Source: Akkermansiaceae bacterium
Lineage (GTDB): Bacteria; Verrucomicrobiota; Verrucomicrobiia; Verrucomicrobiales; Akkermansiaceae
DNA: 45,677 nt
Direction: 5' to 3'
Assembly (NCBI GenBank): GCA_023301335.1
Contig: JALZVA010000132.1
Location: 1-45,677, forward strand
Shown: positions 9,753 through 19,800 of the stretch, piece after piece
How the letters are laid out: every line of letters begins with the position of its first letter
Position numbering within the stretch: the stretch's first letter is position 1
Notes under the pieces: model-generated
Databases searched by the model: none
The model's input: the letters and a program-made list of their open reading frames with translations, nothing else
Told to the model about the DNA's origin: nothing
Program-made: the position numbers and the translations under genes

Positions 9753-11057
9753 ATGGAGCAAGATCGTTATAAAATTATAAAACTGCTAGGAAAGGGCAGA
9801 ACTGGGGGCGTGTATGAAGCTGAAGACACCCTTTTAGGGAGACGTGTCGCTTTAAGAAGGTTTTTTGATTTGAATGGAGAGGATACTTATTCTGATTGGG
9901 AAGATAGTTTTATCGCTATTGCACAGAACCTATGTGCTCTTCAACACCCCAGTATAGCAACCGTTTTTGATGCAGGAGTAGATGATGATGGCGCCTACAT
10001 AGTTTCTCAGTTACTTGATGGTCAATCAATAGATGAACGCTTAGAGGAAGGGTCAGTAAATGAATGGGATGTTTATCAGACTACGGAAAATATTCTTGAT
10101 GCTCTTGCTATGGCGCATGATTCAGGATTTATTCACGGAGCGTTTAATCCCACCTCAATTATTCGAGTCCCAAGAGCTAGTGGTGGTTATCGTAATTATA
10201 TAGTAGATTTGGGTCTAAGTCGTTTAGCTCCATTAATTCAAGGAGATTCTTCATACTTAGCCCTGATGGCGGAACCCACGATGATGGCTCCTGAGCAGTT
10301 TGATGGTTCGCCAGCAACGGTGCAGTCAGATCTCTATATGGTAGGACAGTTTGCTTATATCTGTTTGGTCGGAGGTCATCCCTTTTCAGGAAAAAATATG
10401 GAGGAAGCTTTAGAAGCTCACGAAAATGAAGAGCTCATGCCTCTGCATGAGTATCCTGAGGGTGTTTCTAGAGAGTTTAGTGATTGGATTCATAGTCTAA
10501 TTAAGATAAACCCTGAAAATAGACCTGCAACGATTGCTGCAGCATTGGAATCTATGCCGAAGTTGGAAAAGCCAATTGATTTAGAAAAGATGCAAGCTGT
10601 GGCAGCGAGAACAAGTTTAGTTTCTGTGACCGCAGCAGCTGGAACTTCCTTAAACGCATTAGCTGAAACGGTACCAAATGAAGCTCCAGCGGCAGCTCTC
10701 TCTGTAACAACAGTCTTAGCTGCGAAGGCTGCCCCGACGCAAAATTTCTCGACCTCTCCTATAGAATCTGTACAGGCGACTCCTCCCTTGGGTGCTATGA
10801 ATAAGCCAAGTCTTAGTAATGAAGGAGAAAAAAGCTCTAAGACACTTGTTGTCTTAGTCGCTCTAGTAGGTGTTGCTGTCCTTATTATAGCTGCTATTCT
10901 GATGTTTGGTAAATCTAAACCTACAGAAGTAGATAAAGAGACAGATGAACAACCGAGTGAGGAGAATAATTCTCTAGCAGTACCAGTGATAAAAGTACCA
11001 ACCGTAAGCTCTTCTGATAGTGATGATGGGGCAAATGACTCTGAGGATAAGGAATAA
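9753..11057 (+). CDS. Membrane-anchored Hanks-type Ser/Thr kinase-fold protein, probable pseudokinase
   Basis: RY.I...LGKGRTGGVY, HPSI..VFD, DLG, APEQ, SDLY..G and P..RP are present, but VAIK reads VALRR and HRDLKPxN reads HGAFNPTS; one TM helix near the C-terminus. Confidence 0.85.
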   Translation: MEQDRYKIIKLLGKGRTGGVYEAEDTLLGRRVALRRFFDLNGEDTYSDWEDSFIAIAQNLCALQHPSIATVFDAGVDDDGAYIVSQLLDGQSIDERLEEGSVNEWDVYQTTENILDALAMAHDSGFIHGAFNPTSIIRVPRASGGYRNYIVDLGLSRLAPLIQGDSSYLALMAEPTMMAPEQFDGSPATVQSDLYMVGQFAYICLVGGHPFSGKNMEEALEAHENEELMPLHEYPEGVSREFSDWIHSLIKINPENRPATIAAALESMPKLEKPIDLEKMQAVAARTSLVSVTAAAGTSLNALAETVPNEAPAAALSVTTVLAAKAAPTQNFSTSPIESVQATPPLGAMNKPSLSNEGEKSSKTLVVLVALVGVAVLIIAAILMFGKSKPTEVDKETDEQPSEENNSLAVPVIKVPTVSSSDSDDGANDSEDKE

Positions 11058-11148
11058 AAATTAGAGTAAACTTACGGTAATATTTTTTAAACTTGGAGAA
11101 AATATTCTGTGTATACTTAATCGTATAAGCGTAGAAAAATAACTAGAG

Positions 11149-11931
11149 ATGCTTAACAAAGTCATTGAAATCTGTGAGTTAGCAGCGTCATTTCAGTTAA
11201 AACATTTTAGGCAGGTTCCTGAAGCCGAGGTGACGATGAAAGCTCTGAAGGAGACTGTCTCCTTTGTAGATGTGGAGAGTGAAAAAATTCTATACCACGG
11301 ATTATTAGAGTTGTTACCTAATGCAGGCTTTTATGGAGAAGAATCGGGTAAATCAGGAGATCAGGATCTAGTTTGGATCGTAGATCCATTAGATGGGACT
11401 ACAAATTATCTGAACGGCTTGGAGCATTTCTCTATTTCTGTAGCCTTAGTGAAGGAAGGAGTTCCTGTACTAGGAGTTGTTATGAAGCCCTATTCAGGGG
11501 AGTGGATTGCCGCTGAAAAAGGGAAGGGTATTCTTTTAAGAGGTGAGAAAATAGCCAACCAAGCCAGACAGATTAAATCAGTAGAAGCTCTGTATGTAAC
11601 CGGTTTTCCCTATCGTTCAAAAGATTTTAATGATGCCTTTTTTGATTGCGCTAACCAGGTGCTAAAATTGGGTAGAGGAATTAGAAGAAGTGGAAGCGCA
11701 GCCTTAGATTTAGCTTACCTTGGTGTGGGTTGGTTTGGTGGCTTCTGGGAATCTGATCTCATGCCCTATGATGTAGCCGCAGGCTTGTGTATCATGGCTG
11801 AAGGAGGAGTAATTGTGACAAACCACAGAGGTGAGCAATACGACATGTTCTCCGATAGGATATGTGTAGCCGCACAGCCCAATGTACACGCAGATCTTCT
11901 AGAAATAGTCTCGCGCACGTATAGTGCGTAA
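11149..11931 (+). CDS. suhB: Inositol monophosphatase family protein
   Basis: VD..SE, GEE, WIVDPLDGTTNY, RRSGSAALDLAY, P(Y)DVAAG. Confidence 0.9.
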   Translation: MLNKVIEICELAASFQLKHFRQVPEAEVTMKALKETVSFVDVESEKILYHGLLELLPNAGFYGEESGKSGDQDLVWIVDPLDGTTNYLNGLEHFSISVALVKEGVPVLGVVMKPYSGEWIAAEKGKGILLRGEKIANQARQIKSVEALYVTGFPYRSKDFNDAFFDCANQVLKLGRGIRRSGSAALDLAYLGVGWFGGFWESDLMPYDVAAGLCIMAEGGVIVTNHRGEQYDMFSDRICVAAQPNVHADLLEIVSRTYSA

Positions 11932-11972
11932 GTTTAGAACTTTAAAAAAGAGACTAGCTGAACTGGTGGAAA

Positions 11973-12605
11973 TTATTCTTCTTTAGAATTACCTTCTTTA
12001 TCAGGAAGCTCTGCTTTTTCCCCTAAGATGTCGTCATGTAAAAAGCGACCGTTTGTTTCTTGGAAATGCTTAGCTGACAAGCCACCGAAAAATCCAAGGA
12101 TACAAAGAATAAGAAGGAGAAACGATTTTAGAGGGCTATTTTGCCCACTAGATACGACAAATTGTTGCGGATCTGGCTGTTGAGGTTTTTCAAGTTTTGG
12201 AGTTTTCTTTTTATCCGTTTTTTCAGAGTTTGCTTTTTCTGAATTTTTTGGAGCTGTAAGTATTTGCTCGGATTTAAACGTATCCTCACTGGCTAAAATG
12301 CTAAGTTCTTCATCTGTAAAAGTTACTGTGACATCAACATCGCCAAGTTGAAGCTGTGTATCTTGATTGAGGTCAATCTTTTGATACGTAAGATTATCAA
12401 TCTTCACGCCGTTAGTAGAGCCATTATCTTCGAGGATGTAACCTCCTTGAACTTTGCGGATAACACAATGATTGGTTGAAGTTGACCCGTGGGTGAGAGG
12501 AAGGTCATTAGCAGAACCCCGTCCAATCTTGATGAGCATGCGATTAGCATTAATTTTATAAGGTTGAGGGGTACTATCGGGCTCTGAAATTAAAATTCTA
12601 GGCAT
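11973..12605 (-). CDS. FHA-domain membrane protein
   Basis: IGR...ND, S..H, LED..STNG; C-terminal TM helix (FLLLILCILGFFGGL). Confidence 0.9.
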   Translation of the reverse strand: MPRILISEPDSTPQPYKINANRMLIKIGRGSANDLPLTHGSTSTNHCVIRKVQGGYILEDNGSTNGVKIDNLTYQKIDLNQDTQLQLGDVDVTVTFTDEELSILASEDTFKSEQILTAPKNSEKANSEKTDKKKTPKLEKPQQPDPQQFVVSSGQNSPLKSFLLLILCILGFFGGLSAKHFQETNGRFLHDDILGEKAELPDKEGNSKEE

Positions 12606-12684
12606 AATTGGGTGGTATTTGATAGGATATTTACTCTGTATTTCAGATAATTAAAAGCGAAATATGAGAATTCAGAAAGAGTTT

Positions 12685-13287
12685 TTAGAGATTCCCTGTT
12701 AGGTAAAGGACTGTAAAAGAAATCACTATGGTTATGATAAAGGAAATGAGAGTGATATAAAAACCACGATTAGGGTTCAAATATTCATTTTCTTCCTCCC
12801 CGTCTCCATCTTCATCAAAGTGAGCGTCTTTAGCCTCGCGATCTGAATGCTTACTTTTTCTTTCAGCCTTTGAGGAGCTTGCGATAGCAGCATGATTCTT
12901 TTTGCTGCGTTTTTTCTTGCCCTGTTTTGCCAGTGGCCTTTTCTTTTGCTCTGATTGAAATGAAGCCTCTTCCTCTAGCTCATCGATTTCTTCATCTGTG
13001 TAGAGAAACTCTACTTTCACATCACCTAAGCGAAAGAGGGTGTCATCCTCCAGATCCACATGGAAATATGCCTGTTTTTTTATTTTACAACCATTCGTGG
13101 AGTTCAGGTCATCGAGTATATACCCACCAAGAACTCTACGAATTTGGCAGTGGTATGAAGAAATTGAGATATCTTCTAAGACAATATCATTAGACGGTTT
13201 GCGCCCAATAGTAATTTTTTCACGTTTAAGTTTAATGTTGAGATCCCTTACTTCAGCATCGGGTTCAAGAATTCTAATTTTGGGCAT
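12685..13287 (-). CDS. FHA-domain membrane protein (paralogue of 11973..12605)
   Basis: IGRKPSND, ISSYH, GGYILDDLNSTNG, LGDV; C-terminal tail-anchor TM. Confidence 0.9.
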   Translation of the reverse strand: MPKIRILEPDAEVRDLNIKLKREKITIGRKPSNDIVLEDISISSYHCQIRRVLGGYILDDLNSTNGCKIKKQAYFHVDLEDDTLFRLGDVKVEFLYTDEEIDELEEEASFQSEQKKRPLAKQGKKKRSKKNHAAIASSSKAERKSKHSDREAKDAHFDEDGDGEEENEYLNPNRGFYITLISFIITIVISFTVLYLTGNL

Positions 13288-13411
13288 ATGAAAATACTTA
13301 TTATTTAGCTAATCAGACTGTTTTTGTCACCTCATGAAAAGAAAAAACGCAAACAGATAAAAGGGCGTGCGGGATTTTACTCATGGCTCTATGACATCTG
13401 TCTAAGGGGGC

Positions 13412-13439
13412 TTGACCCGTGGAGTCGTATTGATATGGT
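13412..13439 (+). promoter_or_regulatory. Putative sigma70-type promoter of ilvD
   Basis: TTGACC-16 nt-TATGGT ending about 26 nt before the ilvD ATG. Confidence 0.4.
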
Positions 13440-13465
13440 ACCGCCATCAATACAAATAAAATTTT

Positions 13466-15178
13466 ATGAGCAATCCATACAAAACGACAAATCGCCCGTT
13501 TTCTTCAAAAGTTGTCGATGGCGACGACCGTGCACCAAGTAGAGCCATGCTTTATGCAGTGGGGTTTGAAAAGGAAGATTTCAAAAAACCTCAGGTAGCT
13601 GTAGCGTCTCTTTGGAGTGAAGTGACTCCTTGTAATGTTCATTTGGACAAACTTGCCTCAGAATGTGCTAAAGGCTCTGACGCAGCAGGAGGAAAATCTC
13701 TTATTTTTGGCTCCATCACAGTTTCAGATGGAATTTCGATGGGAACTGAAGGGATGAAGTACTCGTTAGTGTCACGTGAGGTAATCGCAGACTCTATTGA
13801 GACTGTAGTCGCTGGAGAAGGAATGGATGGACTGGTAGCAGTTGGTGGCTGTGATAAGAATATGCCTGGGTGCATGATCGCTATTTCTCGTCTGGATAGA
13901 CCTGCTGTATTTGTCTATGGAGGCACGATTCTTCCGGGCTGTGCCACGGTGAAGGGGGAAAAGAAGGACTTGGACGTTGTCTCCGTGTTTGAAGCGGTGG
14001 GCAAGCACGCTGAAGGTGAGTATTCTGATGAAGAGTTACAAACCGTAGAAGGTTGTGCAATCCCAGGAGCAGGATCCTGTGGAGGGATGTACACAGCAAA
14101 TACGATGGCCAGTGCGATTGAAGCACTCGGGATGAGTTTACCAAATAGTTCTGCACAAGCAGCTGTAGGTGATGACAAGATGATGGACTGCCTAGATGCA
14201 GGAGCTGCGGTGGTGAATATGATCAACAAGGGGATCCGTCCAAGTGATATCATGACACGTAAGGCGTTTGAGAATGCCATTACTCTAGTCATCGCTCTCG
14301 GTGGCTCTACCAATGCCGTGTTACACCTCCTTGCGATGGCGCATGCGGCGAATGTAGAGCTAACGATTGATGATTTCACTGAAATTGGGAAGCGCGTCCC
14401 TGTGATCGCCGATCTGAAGCCGAGTGGGAAGTATGTGATGGCTGACCTCGTAAGAATAGGCGGCACGATCCCAGTGATGAAAATGCTCTATAAAGCAGGA
14501 CTTTTCCACGGAGACTGCATGACGGTGACAGGGAAAACAATGGCTGAGAATTTAGAGAACTCCCCAGTCGAGTTCCCGAAAGATCAGAAAATTATCCTTC
14601 CGTTAGATAAGCCTAAGAAGAAAGATTCCCATCTAAGAATTTTATACGGAAACATCGCTTCTGAAGGATCCGTGGCAAAAATCTCTGGTAACGAAGGCAC
14701 GAGTTTCACTGGCACGGCGAAATGCTTTAACTCAGAGGAGGAAAGCATGAAGGCAATTCTTTCTGGCGGCATCACCGATGGGGATGTGATTGTAGTGAGA
14801 TATGAAGGACCTAAAGGTGGACCAGGAATGCGTGAAATGTTAGGGCCAACAGCTGCAGTCATGGGAAGAGGTCTAGGAGACTCTGTAGCGCTCATCACGG
14901 ATGGAAGATTCTCTGGTGGAAGTCACGGATTTGTAGTGGGGCATATCACTCCAGAAGCATTCACAGGAGGAGTGCTAGCGCTCTTGGAAGATGGAGATGT
15001 GATCACGATTGATGCGGAGGCGAACCAAATTAACGTCGATCTATCAGACACTGTATTAGAGGAGCGTAAAAAAGCTTGGGTAAGACCAGAGCCACGTTAC
15101 ACAAGAGGGGTGTTAGCAAAATTTGCAAAACTCTCAGCTTCAGCCTCAGAAGGTGCTGTAACAGATAAAGATTGTTAG
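13466..15178 (+). CDS. ilvD: Dihydroxy-acid dehydratase
   Basis: [64 protein letters not shown]. Confidence 0.98.
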   Translation: MSNPYKTTNRPFSSKVVDGDDRAPSRAMLYAVGFEKEDFKKPQVAVASLWSEVTPCNVHLDKLASECAKGSDAAGGKSLIFGSITVSDGISMGTEGMKYSLVSREVIADSIETVVAGEGMDGLVAVGGCDKNMPGCMIAISRLDRPAVFVYGGTILPGCATVKGEKKDLDVVSVFEAVGKHAEGEYSDEELQTVEGCAIPGAGSCGGMYTANTMASAIEALGMSLPNSSAQAAVGDDKMMDCLDAGAAVVNMINKGIRPSDIMTRKAFENAITLVIALGGSTNAVLHLLAMAHAANVELTIDDFTEIGKRVPVIADLKPSGKYVMADLVRIGGTIPVMKMLYKAGLFHGDCMTVTGKTMAENLENSPVEFPKDQKIILPLDKPKKKDSHLRILYGNIASEGSVAKISGNEGTSFTGTAKCFNSEEESMKAILSGGITDGDVIVVRYEGPKGGPGMREMLGPTAAVMGRGLGDSVALITDGRFSGGSHGFVVGHITPEAFTGGVLALLEDGDVITIDAEANQINVDLSDTVLEERKKAWVRPEPRYTRGVLAKFAKLSASASEGAVTDKDC

Positions 15179-15215
15179 ACTATTTTGTAGCGGATCCGCT
15201 ATTTAAAAAATAATG

Positions 15216-15249
15216 AAAAAGGCATTACCTAAGGGTAGGGCCTTTTTTT
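15216..15249 (+). terminator. Rho-independent terminator of ilvD
   Basis: AAAAAGGCATTACC-TAAG-GGTAGGGCCTTTTTTT hairpin plus U tract. Confidence 0.75.
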
Positions 15250-15261
15250 ACATATACTAAA

Positions 15262-15309
15262 AACTAAAAAAGAGTGAACCCCTGAAGCAAAATTGTCCTC
15301 AGAGGTTCA
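15262..15309 (-). terminator. Putative terminator of the LysM gene
   Basis: Imperfect inverted repeat TGAACCCCTGA...TCAGAGGTTCA, followed on the minus strand by CTCTTTTTT. Confidence 0.5.
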
Positions 15310-15387
15310 GCCCTTATTAAATTGAGGTCGGTGTGCCCCTACCTCATGTTGTCCTAGAAATGGTTATCTAATCTAGTTTGGAAAAAA

Positions 15388-16320
15388 TTAGTTCGGAAGG
15401 TAAACTTCAGAACCTCTAGCAAGTTTAATGCTAGGACGGAAATTCCATCCGTTAAGAGCGTTAAGAGCATCTACAGTAGTTCCATGCTTGCCTGCTAGAT
15501 CTTCTAAGGTCATTGGAGCATCAAGTGCAATAGGTTTCATCTCAACTGGCTCAGGGGTAATTGAAATAGTTTCTATCTTCTTCTGCTTTGGTGGGATAGA
15601 CGCAATAGGGCTAGAGACTTTAGGTGCCGATAACTTAGGTGTGATCTTCTTCTTCGTTGCAGCAGCAAGAGCAACAGGCTTTTTAACCGGCGCCTTTTTT
15701 GCTACATTAGCATTCTTAGGAAGTGTGATGACCTGACCAACATTGAGTGCTGATGGAGAAACTCTTGGGTTTAGCTGAATGAGCTCGCTAGTCGTGACCT
15801 GATGCTTATGTGCAACTGAGTAAAAAGTATCACCTTTTAGAATCTTGTAAGAACGTCCTGCTGCAGGGGTCTTAGCGACAGCGATTTTTTCAATCTTTGC
15901 TTTTGGAATCTCTGGGAGCACAGGAAGCTGAGAGGCTTCTGATACATGCTTGGCAGCTGATGAACTCGGGATAGAGAGCTTTTGGCCAATCTTTAAGATA
16001 CTGTTACTTCCAAGATTGTTGCGCACCATCAGAGAATTGAGTGCCACTCCGTGAGCTCGGGCGATTTTAGAAAGGCTGTCTCCTTTTACCACGGTGTAAG
16101 AAGCTGAAGCCTTAGAGCCTGCTATGCGTGATTTTAATGGCTTGCCGTTATCGCGCATCTCTTTCTCAAGAAGTGAATAGAGATTGTTAACCTCTTTTTC
16201 GAGAGAGCTGATCTGGCGCTTTTGTTCAGCGTTAGCCGAGCGAAGGGTTTCAAGCTCTCCAGCGGATAAACTGAATGCGCTTGAAATGAATAGTGACGAT
16301 ATAAGGACTGCTTTTTTCAT
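15388..16320 (-). CDS. Secreted LysM-repeat peptidoglycan-binding protein
   Basis: Signal peptide, coiled coil, LysM repeats YTVVKGDSLSKIA and YKILKGDTFYSVA, and a degenerate third repeat (TLEDLAGKHGTTVDALNALN). Confidence 0.9.
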   Translation of the reverse strand: MKKAVLISSLFISSAFSLSAGELETLRSANAEQKRQISSLEKEVNNLYSLLEKEMRDNGKPLKSRIAGSKASASYTVVKGDSLSKIARAHGVALNSLMVRNNLGSNSILKIGQKLSIPSSSAAKHVSEASQLPVLPEIPKAKIEKIAVAKTPAAGRSYKILKGDTFYSVAHKHQVTTSELIQLNPRVSPSALNVGQVITLPKNANVAKKAPVKKPVALAAATKKKITPKLSAPKVSSPIASIPPKQKKIETISITPEPVEMKPIALDAPMTLEDLAGKHGTTVDALNALNGWNFRPSIKLARGSEVYLPN

Positions 16321-16761
16321 AACAGCTACCTTTAAATTCTAAAAATAATAATTCAGCAAGATAAATTTTAAACTTTTCTTAAATATTTGAGTAAAATACG
16401 AAACTTAATAGGTTTTTTAGTTAATTTTAGTTGATAATCAAGATTTCTTAAATAAATGAAAAATGATTTTGAACGGAGATAGATTTTTTTAAAAAATAAA
16501 TGGGAGGCTACCGTAGGAAGTCTGGTGCGATTAAAGAGAGCTACCTATTGAGGCCTAACGGTTGGCGAAGGCGTTGGAATAGGAACACTGCTTCAACGCT
16601 TTGGGATGAAACAAATAAGGGGAGGGGGAAATAGAATATCTGATAGGCCTTGGGTAAATGGAGGTCTATGAGATTGAGGTGAGGAGGAGAATTGAGAGTG
16701 AAAGGAAATATAGATTAGTGAGTTATTACATACACAGCTGTTTCCTTTTTTCTATAAAAAG

Positions 16762-16800
16762 AAAAAAACGCTCCTGGCTTATCTGATTAGCTAGGAACGC
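16762..16800 (-). terminator. Rho-independent terminator of purL
   Basis: Minus strand GCGTTCCTAGCT-loop-AGCCAGGAGCG followed by TTTTTTT. Confidence 0.75.
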
Positions 16801-16826
16801 TCTCGAAATGTTAGTTCTATTTTTTC

Positions 16827-19800
16827 TTACAAGAAATATTCCACGCCTGCTTTGAATAAGGGCTGGTGTTTATTACCTGTAATGTTCTTGGCTACATGTT
16901 CTCCACGACGTTCCGTGTGTCCCATTTTTCCGAGGACGCGCCCACATGGAGAGCTAATACCTTCGATGGCATAGATAGAGCCGTTAGGGTTATAGCTGAT
17001 GTCCATACTTGGTTGGCCTTCGAGGTCTGTGTACTGAGTAGTGATCTGCCCATTGGCAGCGAGGGCCTTAATCTCTGTCTCAGAGGCGATAAATTTGCCT
17101 TCTCCATGAGAGAAGGGCACAGAATGGAGGTCACCTACTTCACAGCCAGCGAGCCAAGGTGACTTGTTAGAAGCGATCCTTGTAGTGGCATAGCAGGCGA
17201 TATGGCGTCCAATGTCATTGAAGGTGAGGGTGGCTGCACCTGCTTGAGGATCACGGATTTCACCGTGGGGAACCAAGCCTGTTTTAACCAGTGCTTGGAA
17301 GCCGTTACAGATACCTAGGATCAGGCCGTCTCTATTTTTGAGAAGATCCATCACAGCGTCACTCACTTCTGGATTACGCAGCACAGTGGCAATGAATTTT
17401 CCTGAACCGTCTGGCTCATCTCCTGCGGAAAAACCTCCGGGAATCATGAGGATCTGAGAGGATCGAATATGAGCTGCTAGGGCAGCTAAGGATTCTTCGA
17501 CATGGTGTGAGCTAAGGTTACGAAAAACCTCAATATGGGCATCGCCTCCAGCTTGATTAAAGACCTTGGCTGAATCATACTCTGAGTTTGTGCCTGGGAA
17601 GGCTGGGATGATGACCTTAGGCTTTGCAGCTTTGCTGAGGTGGGTAGATTTACGTGGAGTCAAATCACCAGTGTAGTGAAAGGTCTCTAAGGCACTATTA
17701 GCCACTTCTGTTTGTGAGGGGTAGGTGCTTTCGAGTGGGGCTGTCCAAGCGTCTCGTAAGGAATCGAGACTTAGCGTTTCGGAACCAAGCTTGAGGGAGG
17801 ACTCGGCATGAGTCTTTCCTATGAGCGTTGCATTGAGTGCTTCGGGAAGCGTCTCTCCAGCTTTTAGCTCAACGATCCAGTTAAAGTAGCGTTCGTGGAA
17901 GAGCTCGTCTTCTGAGCTTGTGAGCTCTGCACCAATATCATTGCCGATCATCATTTTGGTGATGCCAACGGCAAGGCCACCTTCAGCTAAGGAATGAACA
18001 GCGTTAAGCTTACCTTCAGTATTGGTGGCGTAGAGAATAGAGGCGTAGTTTTTAAGTGTTTCAAATGCTGGGATTCCATTTTCATCACGAGGAACTGTGA
18101 CAAGGTAGAGCTCACTGCCGACTTCTTTTAACTCTGGAGAAATCGAGAGGCTGGCTTTCCCTGGGGCAACGGCAAAGGAAACGAGGGTCGGTGGGACATC
18201 AATGTCATTGAAAGTACCTGACATGGAGTCCTTACCGCCGATAGCTCCGAGTCGTAACTCGTTTTGTGCGGTGAAGGCTCCTAAGAGAGCTGAGAAAGGC
18301 TTAGCCCAGCGTGCAGGGTCTTTCCCTAGTTTTTCAAAATATTCTTGAAGGGTGAGACGGATGTCGTCGATGTGTGCGCCTGAGGCAACAATACGACAAA
18401 CGGACTCTGTCACCGCATAAAGTGCTCCATGGTAAGGAGACCAGGTGGCGATGTTAGGGTTGAAGCCCCATGCCATGTGCGATGTCGTATCGGTGGTGCC
18501 ATGCTCCACAGGGAGTTTAGCTACCATGGCATCCACGGGAGTGAGTTGGTGTTTTCCACCGAAGGGTTGAAGCACAGTGGATGCACCGACGGAGGAGTCA
18601 AACTGCTCTCCTAAACCTTTTTGTCCACAAGAGTTGAGGTCTGAAAGGGCGGTGAGGAATTTGTTTTGAAGGCCTTTGGCTTGTTCGACCGAGGGAATAG
18701 GCTGACCAAGTGGAGAAGTGCCAGTAGGAGCGGCTACATCGACTTTTGCAGATTGGGTAATACCGTTAGTGTCGAGGAAGGCACGTGAGAAGTTCACGAT
18801 CTTCTTACCGCGCCAGCTAATAGTAAGTCTGCCGGTATCGGTCACGTCTGCAACGTAGGTGCATTCGAGATTTTCTTTATCGCAGGCTTCTTTGAAATAG
18901 TTGATTTCGGAGGCGTCCACACAGATAGCCATTCGCTCTTGAGACTCTGAAATCGCAAGTTCTGTGCCATTGAGCCCGTCGTACTTCTTAGGAACGTCAT
19001 CGAGTCTAATGTCGAGTGATGGGGCGATCTCTCCAATAGCTACCGAGACACCTCCAGCGCCAAAGTCATTACAGACGCGGATTTTTTTAGCGAGCTCTTC
19101 ATTGCGGAAAAGACGTTGGATTTTTCTTTCTGTAGGTGCGTTTCCTTTTTGCACTTCAGCAGAGTTGTCGAGAGCGGTATCGGTGTGCTCCTTAGAGGAA
19201 CCAGTGGCCCCACCTACACCATCGCGACCTGTGCGGCCTCCGATAAGCAAAATAACATTCCCTTTTTCAGGTGAACCACGGAAGACATTACGCTGTGGAG
19301 CGGCGGCAACGACGGCTCCGATCTCCATGCGCTTGGCGACATAGTTGGGGTGATAGACTTCAGAAACTTGTCCGGTGGCAAGTCCGATCTGGTTCCCGTA
19401 AGAACTGTAGCCGTCGGCTGCACCTTGGCAGATCACGCGCTGCGGAAGTTTACCTTCGAGGGTTTCTGAGAAAGTTGTTCTGGGGTCGGCTGCTCCCGAA
19501 ACACGCATGGCCTGAAAGACGTAAGAACGGCCTGAAAGGGGATCGCGAATACATCCTCCGAGGCAAGTGGCTGCACCTCCGAAGGGTTCAATCTCTGTAG
19601 GATGATTATGCGTCTCATTTTTGAACATGAGTAGCCAGTCTTCTTCTTTGCCGTCCACATCGACGGGGACAACGATAGAAGCGGCATTGATCTCTTCAGA
19701 AATTTCGACGTTATCGAGCTCACCAGATTTTCTTAATTCTTTCATCCCAATCAGGGCGATGTCCATTAAGGTTTCAGGGCGGCTAGAAAGCTTTTCTTCA

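Noticed and set aside
13324-13542. 72-aa ORF as an ilvD leader peptide
   Set aside because: TTG start, overlaps ilvD and its putative promoter, and has no Ile/Leu/Val run or attenuator hairpin.
13915-14466. 183-aa antisense ORF in ilvD, and similar shadow ORFs in purL, uvrA, nadE and moxR
   Set aside because: They lie wholly within well-supported conserved genes, have no motifs, and are expected from codon bias.
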